64,000 nucleotides of DNA from Myxococcales bacterium (GTDB lineage: Bacteria; Myxococcota_A; Polyangia; Polyangiales; DASUME01). Shown here piece by piece: positions 57,797 through 64,000 of the stretch (position 1 is the stretch's first letter; each line of letters begins with the position of its first letter). The position numbers and the translations under genes were made by a program. Location of the stretch: assembly GCA_047601445.1 (NCBI GenBank), contig JASGJH010000001.1:7072001-7136000 (forward strand), written 5' to 3'. The notes beneath the pieces were generated by a model. That model was not told the DNA's origin, did no database searches, and worked only from the letters and a program-made list of their open reading frames with translations.

Positions 57797-58062
57797 GGCC
57801 ATCGGCCATCGGCCATCGGCCATCAGCCATCGGCCATCGGCCATCAGCCATCGGCCATCAGCCATAAGCGGTCGGCCAGCAGCGGTCGGCCATCAGCCAT
57901 CGGCCATCAGCCATCAGCCATAAGCGGTCGGCCAGCAGCGGTCGGCCATCAGCCATCGGCCATAAGCGGTCGGCCAGCAGTGGTCGGCCATCGGCGGTCT
58001 GCCATAAGCGGTCGGCCATCGGCGGTCGGCCATAAGCGGTCGGCCATAAGCGGTCGGCCACC
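57797..58062. repeat. Intergenic heptamer tandem array (38 units)
   Basis: Units GGCCATC, AGCCATC, AGCGGTC, GGCCATA, GGCCAGC and variants in unbroken 7-bp register over 266 bp. Confidence 0.95.
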
Positions 58063-58073
58063 AGCTTGCATTC

Positions 58074-58892
58074 TCATGGCAAGACCGCCACCGCCCGCAG
58101 CGGCCCTCCGGAACCGTCCCGAATGTACATCGGCAACGCGATCACAAGGGCTCCGCGCGCCGGCAGCTTGGCGAGTTCAGTCAGGTTCTCGAAGGCCGGG
58201 ATGTCCGCACCCATCAGGATGCGGTGCGCCCAGAATTCGTGCGACGGGCCGTGGTCGATGCTCGCGGTATCGATGCCAACGGCCGCCACGTTGCGCGCCA
58301 CGAGCGCGCGCGCAGCCTCCGCAGAGATGCCTGGAAAGTGGAGGTTGGAGGCGTCGCCCGGCACATCGCTGCCGAGGTAGGCGAGCTTGTTGGGCCAGTG
58401 CGTGGACCAGTCGCTGCGAATCAACACAATGGTGCCCCGGGCGATGCTGCCGTGGGCGCGCTCGAAGGCTTCGATGTCCGCGACGTTCAGCAGGGTGTCG
58501 CGGTCCTGACGGGCTCGTTCGGAGATGTCGATCACCACCGCAGGTGCCATGAGCCGGCTGAGCGGCACGCGATCCGTGGTGGCTTTGCCCTCCGCAAAGT
58601 GAATGGGGGCGTCGAGGTGGGTGCCACCATGCTCGGGGGCAGCGAAGGAGTTGGATGCGTAAAAGTAGCCGCCTTCGGTGGGGCCATGATGGAGCGTCTT
58701 CAGCTGAAAGCCCACGCTCTCCGTGGGCCAGTACACGGTATCTCCGTCGAAGGGATGGCCGAGGTCGAGCAGCTTCTCGGGCGCGAACGTCGCGAGTTGG
58801 GGGGGCTTTGCAGCGGGGGCGCGCGCTGCGCAGCCGAGTCCGAGCGAGACGAGCAACAGCGAGATGGTGAACACCGCACCTGAGCCTGCCAT
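58074..58892 (-). CDS. Cyclase/kynurenine formamidase family lipoprotein
   Basis: Lipobox LGLGC; EHGGTHLDAPIHF, HFPG, GIDTASID, FENL. Confidence 0.9.
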   Translation of the reverse strand: MAGSGAVFTISLLLVSLGLGCAARAPAAKPPQLATFAPEKLLDLGHPFDGDTVYWPTESVGFQLKTLHHGPTEGGYFYASNSFAAPEHGGTHLDAPIHFAEGKATTDRVPLSRLMAPAVVIDISERARQDRDTLLNVADIEAFERAHGSIARGTIVLIRSDWSTHWPNKLAYLGSDVPGDASNLHFPGISAEAARALVARNVAAVGIDTASIDHGPSHEFWAHRILMGADIPAFENLTELAKLPARGALVIALPMYIRDGSGGPLRAVAVLP

Positions 58893-58979
58893 GGATACCT
58901 CGTGCTCCATCGGTACCAGGCGTGCCAGCGTTCGTCCATGAGACTCGCGGCGCGCGGTGATTCACCCAGCGCGCCGCGG

Positions 58980-59663
58980 TCAACGCAGCGCGCAGCGCTC
59001 CAGCCAGGCATTCAGCCGTGGCAGCGCTCGAATCTCGGAGGCCCAGGCGCTCGTCCGCACGAATTCGTCGAGCTGTGCTGCTACAGCGATATCCGCGATG
59101 GACATGGAGGGCCCGGCAAGCCAGCTATCGCGCGCGAGGCGGCCGTCGAGCGCATTCAAGTGCTGTCGGAGGTTGTCGAGCACCGTCTCGCGCGGGTAGC
59201 GTCCCAGGCCTTGGGCGACCACCTTGTCTCGAAAGCCCGCGAGGCCGCGGCGATACAGGGTGCGCTCCACGACGTTGCGGTCGCCGCAGGCAATGGCCGC
59301 CGACTTGTCGAGCGCTTCGTCGTCGAACAGCCGGGCGTAGAGCTCGTAGAAGTAGAGCGACTCGTCGGCCCAGTCCTCGAGCAGGTGGGCGAGGCTCGCG
59401 TCCACATCGGCGGGGAATAGCGGGGGTTCGGGGTGCGTGCGGTCCAGGAAGCGCACGATGGCGGAGCTGTCCACGATGCGGGTGCCGTTGTAATCGAGCA
59501 CGGGCAGCTTGCCGCTGCTGCTGAGCCCGCGCGCCTTCAACGCGCGCACACCGCCGTAGTCTTCGATGCGGTAGGGCAGGCGCTTGAGGGCGAGCACCTT
59601 GCGGACCTTGCCGCAGAAGGGAGAAATGGACCACTCATGCAACACGATTTCTGGCTGGCTCAT
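58980..59663 (-). CDS. Glutathione S-transferase family protein
   Basis: SPFCGKVR, GKLPVL, DSSAI, SIADIA. Confidence 0.9.
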   Translation of the reverse strand: MSQPEIVLHEWSISPFCGKVRKVLALKRLPYRIEDYGGVRALKARGLSSSGKLPVLDYNGTRIVDSSAIVRFLDRTHPEPPLFPADVDASLAHLLEDWADESLYFYELYARLFDDEALDKSAAIACGDRNVVERTLYRRGLAGFRDKVVAQGLGRYPRETVLDNLRQHLNALDGRLARDSWLAGPSMSIADIAVAAQLDEFVRTSAWASEIRALPRLNAWLERCALR

Positions 59664-59667
59664 CGGT

Positions 59668-60423
59668 TCACCAAGTTTCGGCGTGGGGGCGCAGGTCGAG
59701 CTCGAACGTAAAGCCCGAGCGGGGTTGATTGACGAGGGAAAGAACCGCCGACGCCACGGCGTCGGGCTGAATGAAGAACGAGTCGGCCTTCTTGGCGAAC
59801 AGGGCGCGGGTCCAGCGCGAGTCGATCACTCCGTCGATCACGACGTAGGCCACGTGGATTCCGAGTGGGGAGAGCTCGCGCGCCATCGATTGCACCATGT
59901 TCCGTTGGCCCGCCTTGGCGGCGGCGAAGGGTAATGCGTGGGCCGCGCCTCGCGTGGAAGCCGTGGCGCCGATCACCACGATACTGCCTGTACCGCGCGC
60001 GCGCATGCCGGGCACCACGCGTTGCACCGCCGAGAGACAACCTGCCACGTTCTCGCGATAGCAGCGCTCCAGCGTGGCCGGGCTGGTACTGCCCACGCCA
60101 CCCGGCACGTAGTTGCCCGCGTTGTAGATGAGCACGTCGGGATCACCCAGTTCGCGCGCGCTCTCGTCGATCGCGGCCTCCAGGGATACGGAGTCGGTCA
60201 CGTCGCAGGGAAAGGCGGTCGCACGCGGAATCGACGCGGCCAACTCGCGCAAGCGCTCCGGATTGCGCGCCAGCACGCCCACACGATAGCCCTGGGCCGA
60301 AAAGCACCTGCCCAGGGCACTCCCGTTGCCCGCGCCGGCGCCGACCACCAAGCAAACTGGTTCCTGCACTTGGAATGGGGAGGGCCCGCGAGGGGACTCT
60401 CCGAGAGTCGTCGTGTCTTGCAT
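59668..60423 (-). CDS. Short-chain dehydrogenase/reductase
   Basis: VGAGAGNG, YNAG, GATAS, FAAAK, HVAYVVIDG. Confidence 0.9.
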   Translation of the reverse strand: MQDTTTLGESPRGPSPFQVQEPVCLVVGAGAGNGSALGRCFSAQGYRVGVLARNPERLRELAASIPRATAFPCDVTDSVSLEAAIDESARELGDPDVLIYNAGNYVPGGVGSTSPATLERCYRENVAGCLSAVQRVVPGMRARGTGSIVVIGATASTRGAAHALPFAAAKAGQRNMVQSMARELSPLGIHVAYVVIDGVIDSRWTRALFAKKADSFFIQPDAVASAVLSLVNQPRSGFTFELDLRPHAETW

Positions 60424-60502
60424 ACTGCCCAGCATGCGGCGGCGTGCGCGCGAGACAAACGATGATTCTTCACCGATGAGTTAGCGGTGCTAATCTCTTG
60501 AG

Positions 60503-62222
60503 ATGGATGACGCGCGAAGCAGAAGCAGCGTGCTCGCGCCCCTGCATGCGCTCTCCGTGCTGGTGGTGGACGCCCAGGCCAGTGGGGCCACCCCTGCCCA
60601 TGGGGACCTACTCGAACTTGGCTGGAGCGTGTGCACTCCCCAGGCGCCACCCGCGGTCCCGGTCTCGCGCTGGGTCGTGCCGCGCACCACGCGACGCGTC
60701 TCCGGACCGGTGCGGGAATTGACGGGCTGGAGCGAGGCTTGTCTGGCAGAAGCCGTCTCGGAGCAGGCATTGTTCGAGGAATTCGACGCCACCGTGCGGG
60801 CCCTCGCGGAGCAAGGCGGCCTGCCGCTGGGCGTCCCGACCGTGATCCACTTTGCGCGCTTCGAGCTGCCCTTCCTGCGCGATCTCTATCAGCGGCTCGC
60901 CCCGGAACGGGGCTTCCCGCTCCAGATCGTGTGCACCCACCAGATCTCCGAGCGTCTCTTCCCGGACCTGCCGCGACGTAACATCCGCGCGCTCGCGGGC
61001 TTCCTGGGCCACTCGCCGGGCCTCTTGCGTCGAGCCGCTGGACACGTGGAGGCCAGCGCGTTCATCTGGTGCTCGCTGGCGTCCCGTCTCGCGGACCAAG
61101 GCATCCACGACTGGCACGAGCTTTCGCAGTGGTTGACCCAGCCCGCGGCGCGTACCCGCAGCGCGCGCCGCAGCTACCCGCTCCCGGTAGAGCGTCGCCG
61201 GGCGTTGCCCGACAAGCCCGGGGTGTACCGCTTCTTGCGCCCGAACGGCGACGTGATCTACGTAGGCAAGGCCACCAGCCTCAAGAAGCGCATCGCGGGC
61301 CATTTCCGCAGCGGAGGCAAGGCCACCGAGCGCGCGCTCGAGCTCCTCACCCAGGTCCACGACATCGACTTCACGGAGACTCCCAGCGTGCTCGAGGCGG
61401 CTCTGCTCGAGACCGACCAAATCAAGGCCCTCGATCCGCCCTACAATCTGCAGCTCAAGCTGGAAGACCGGCGCGCTTGGTTCGTCGATCGCAGGCGCGA
61501 TAGCGCCGCGTCGACACCCGACGGCGAGCACACGATTGGCCCGCTGCCCTCGCGCCGTGCCCTCCAGGCGCTGCCAGCCATGGTCACCCTGGCGGGGGGC
61601 GCGCAGATCACGCCGCAGTTGCAGGCGCGCGTGCTCTCGGTGCCGACACCCTGGTTGCCCGAGCCGGCCCTGTTCGCGGAGGGCTTCGCGGCCTTCGAGC
61701 GCGAGCTGCTGCGCGCGGTGGCGGGCCCGCCGCTCACGCGGGTGCTCCAGGCATCGCGCGCGCTGTGGCTCACACGCCGCTATGCCGAGCTCGAGTCGGA
61801 CAGCGACGAGGAGACCGATGAGCTCTGGGATCTGGCCCGCGTGCGCCGACGTTTGGAGCGCGGGCTCGTGCATTCGGGGTTGCTGGAGCGCCGTGCGCGC
61901 TGGTTGTGTCTACTCTCCGAGTGCGATCTCGCCTTTCGCGAGCGCGGCATGCCGCAGCCGCGGGCCCTCAGCATGCGAGCAGGGGAGATCACCTCACTCG
62001 GCGAGCTCTCGAGCCTGGTCGATTCTCGCGGGCCTGCCTCCTCATGGGTTGGGACCGCGTGCACGGCGTCAGGGGTGCTTCGACGCGACCCGCTACGACC
62101 GCCTGAGAGTGCTCGCCACCGAGCTCGCGCGGGTCCAGAGCGAACAAGGCGAGCTAGCCCTGCGTTTGGGGCGCCACGTGCTCAGTGGGGACCCATTGAC
62201 CCGGCTCATGCGGTTGGTTTGA
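60503..62222 (+). pseudogene. DEDDh-like exonuclease / GIY-YIG (UvrC-like) nuclease fusion with an apparent +1 frameshift near 62023
   Basis: VVDAQASG, HFARFE, HVEAS; PGVYRF, IYVGKA, EAALLE, PPYN. Protein-like C-terminus (CFDATRYDRLRVLATEL...) continues in the shifted frame to TGA 62222. May be a sequencing error. Confidence 0.7.
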
Positions 62223-62254
62223 CCGAGCGCGCTGACAACTACCGCAAGCAGCGA

Positions 62255-62297
62255 GCGGGCACGAGCACGGGCTCGCCGGCAAGATTGCCCGCTGGCA
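62255..62297. repeat. Family B repeat copy between convergent genes
   Basis: GCGGGCACGAGCACGGG is the exact reverse complement of 41447-41463; the continuation matches 47773-47811. Confidence 0.65.
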
Positions 62298-62325
62298 CGG
62301 CGGCAGGCGGACGGGGCAGCGCCTG

Positions 62326-62799
62326 CTAGGCCGGCGTGATCCGCTGATACTTGGCCGCCTGGCCGCAGCGCTCGCCGGCGGCGTCCAACAGGTTCCACAT
62401 CGTGACCTCTTCGATCCAGAAGCGTCGACCGGACTTGGCGATTCGCAGCCCACGGTAGCCCTCGGCGTAGCCGTGGATTCTCACTTGCTGCACGAAGTGC
62501 TCGCGCTCCTCGCGTCGGTCGGGCTCCGCTGACAGCCGCGACGGGAGCCCCAGGAACTCCGCGGCCGAGTACTCGAAGCAGCGCAGCACGGTTTGGTTGG
62601 CGTAGGTGAAGCGCGGGTCGGCTTCCGCGCTGTGCGCGAGCAGGCAGAAGGGCGCCTCGGCGTAGAGCCAGTGGGCCAGGCTCGGAAGGTCGTCGTCCTT
62701 CACGCCCGCGACACGCTCGACCAAAGGTCGTCCCAGCAGGCGCCGGTGCGAGTCGAGGATGATGCGGACATGGGCGAGGTCGTAGGGCAGGGCAGTCAC
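62326..62799 (-). CDS. MEKHLA domain protein
   Basis: LYAEAPFCLLAH..DPRFTYAN, LPSRLSAE, YRGLRI, WNLLD, GQAA. Confidence 0.92.
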   Translation of the reverse strand: MTALPYDLAHVRIILDSHRRLLGRPLVERVAGVKDDDLPSLAHWLYAEAPFCLLAHSAEADPRFTYANQTVLRCFEYSAAEFLGLPSRLSAEPDRREEREHFVQQVRIHGYAEGYRGLRIAKSGRRFWIEEVTMWNLLDAAGERCGQAAKYQRITPA

Positions 62800-62834
62800 G
62801 GCGAGGATCCTTCGGTGCTAGGCTGGTTCCTACC

Positions 62835-63611
62835 ATGTTCGATTGGTGGCGAGAGCGTAAGCGCGAGCAAATCCTGGCCGAGCCCTTCCCTGAGCCGCAA
62901 CGCGCAGTGCTCGAGCGCAACGTGGCCCACTACCGACGACTCGATGCCGACGAGCAGCAGCGTTTGCGAGATCTAGTGCAGGTCTTCGTGGCCGAGAAGC
63001 ACTGGGAGGGGTGTGGTGGGCTCGAGCTCAGCGAGGACATGAAGTTCACCATCGCGGCCCAGGCGTGCATATTGATCCTGGAGCTTCCCCACCGGCTGTA
63101 CGAGAACGTCGAGTCCATCTTCGTGTACCCGAGCGCAGTGCTGAGGCCCGAGCAAGAGCAGGGCGTGTTCACGCGCTCGCGCAACTTGGTCGCGAGCGGC
63201 CCCATTGCCCTCCTCGGAGAGGCGCACGTGCGAGGTCCCGTGGTCTTGGCGTGGGACCGCGTGCTGCGCGACGGACAACACGAGCGCGACGGTCATAACC
63301 TCGTCTACCACGAGTTCGCGCACAAGCTGGACATGCTCGATGGTACGCCGGACGGCACGCCGCCGCTGGTCTCGCGCGACCAGCGTGAGCAATGGCACGA
63401 GGTCTGCGAGCGCGTGTTCTTGGATTTGCGGCGACGCACCCAGCGCGGCGAGCCCACCTTCATCGACCAGTACGGGTCCACCAACGAGGCGGAGTTCTTC
63501 GCCGTGATCACCGAGCAGTTTTTCGAGCAGCCGCGCGCCCTGCGCAAGGCTGAGCCCGAGCTCTACCAGGTGCTGAGCGCGTTCTATCGGCAGGACCCGG
63601 CCGCGCGCTGA
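62835..63611 (+). CDS. mtfA: Zinc-dependent peptidase, M90/MtfA family
   Basis: IAAQAC, NLVYHEFAHKLD, YGSTNEAEFFAVITEQFFE, FYRQDP. Confidence 0.88.
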   Translation: MFDWWRERKREQILAEPFPEPQRAVLERNVAHYRRLDADEQQRLRDLVQVFVAEKHWEGCGGLELSEDMKFTIAAQACILILELPHRLYENVESIFVYPSAVLRPEQEQGVFTRSRNLVASGPIALLGEAHVRGPVVLAWDRVLRDGQHERDGHNLVYHEFAHKLDMLDGTPDGTPPLVSRDQREQWHEVCERVFLDLRRRTQRGEPTFIDQYGSTNEAEFFAVITEQFFEQPRALRKAEPELYQVLSAFYRQDPAAR

Positions 63612-64000
63612 GGCGTGCGAGCGGAAGCTCAAGCCCCGGCGCCTTGGGTCGCAGACAAAGTGAGCTGTGAAGCTTCCCAGCGCCCATGAACGATTTCTCT
63701 CGCTGATAAATTACTCAGACGAGGCAGAGCGTGGGCAAAGTCTGCGTGCGATCCGCAGCGTGAGGACCCTCCGAGAGATTGGACTCCAAACCCGCTGCGT
63801 AAGGTTTGTTCAAGTGAAACGGCGAAAAAAACCGGCGAAGTTGAAGCCTTGCCCAAGCTGCTGTGCCGTGAAATTTTCGCCCTTGGAGGGCTTGCCATCC
63901 GGGGCCTTGGGGTGTTCTTCCCAAGCCTTATTCGAGGCTATCGCACTCCACCTCTCAGGCGCTCTCAGCCTGGGCTGTTCTCCTTCCAAAATGCCGATGG

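Noticed and set aside
57797..58062. CRISPR array or coding repeat (ORFs 57422-58552, 57654-57923, 57858-58061)
   Set aside because: No unique spacers and no cas genes. The ORFs are artefacts of the 7-bp periodicity, and two of them overlap real opposite-strand genes.
63612..64000. Possible gene or riboswitch in the terminal intergenic region (GGCAAA near 63734)
   Set aside because: No convincing ORF and no GACGCAAA junction; probably upstream DNA of a gene outside the window.

Overview
GC-rich chromosomal segment that is almost certainly myxobacterial (Myxococcota, Polyangia-like). Clues are large Ser/Thr kinase-AAA proteins, an FHA-sigma54 activator, GDGDG-linker lipoproteins and a MYXO-CTERM-type tail. 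It holds about 58 CDSs, mostly housekeeping, regulatory or secreted (rnhB, ilvC/ilvY, modF, cysE, maiA, GH15, diguanylate cyclase, hybrid PAS kinase, two ECF sigma factors). I found no rRNA, tRNA, CRISPR array, integrase or transposase. The most notable locus is 3.6-13.2 kb. There an uncharacterised Cys-rich lipoprotein with GNGLPK repeats sits behind stacked controls read directly from the DNA: tandem palindromic enhancer-like sites, a sigma54 -24/-12 promoter, and a c-di-GMP-I (GEMM-I) riboswitch whose P1 stem covers the ribosome-binding site. Next to it are an AraC regulator, a cutinase/PETase-like lipoprotein and a divergent FHA-sigma54 activator/Ser-Thr kinase pair. Other notable items: a degenerate ~200-bp duplication flanking the AraC cassette, a metallothionein-like peptide with an ECF-type promoter, an enterobacterial-type ilvY-ilvC module with its operator, an ArsR-SRPBCC-UvrA-like operon, a frameshifted exonuclease/GIY-YIG fusion, two dispersed palindromic repeat families and a 38-unit heptamer array. 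All calls come from reading motifs by eye; no database searches were run.
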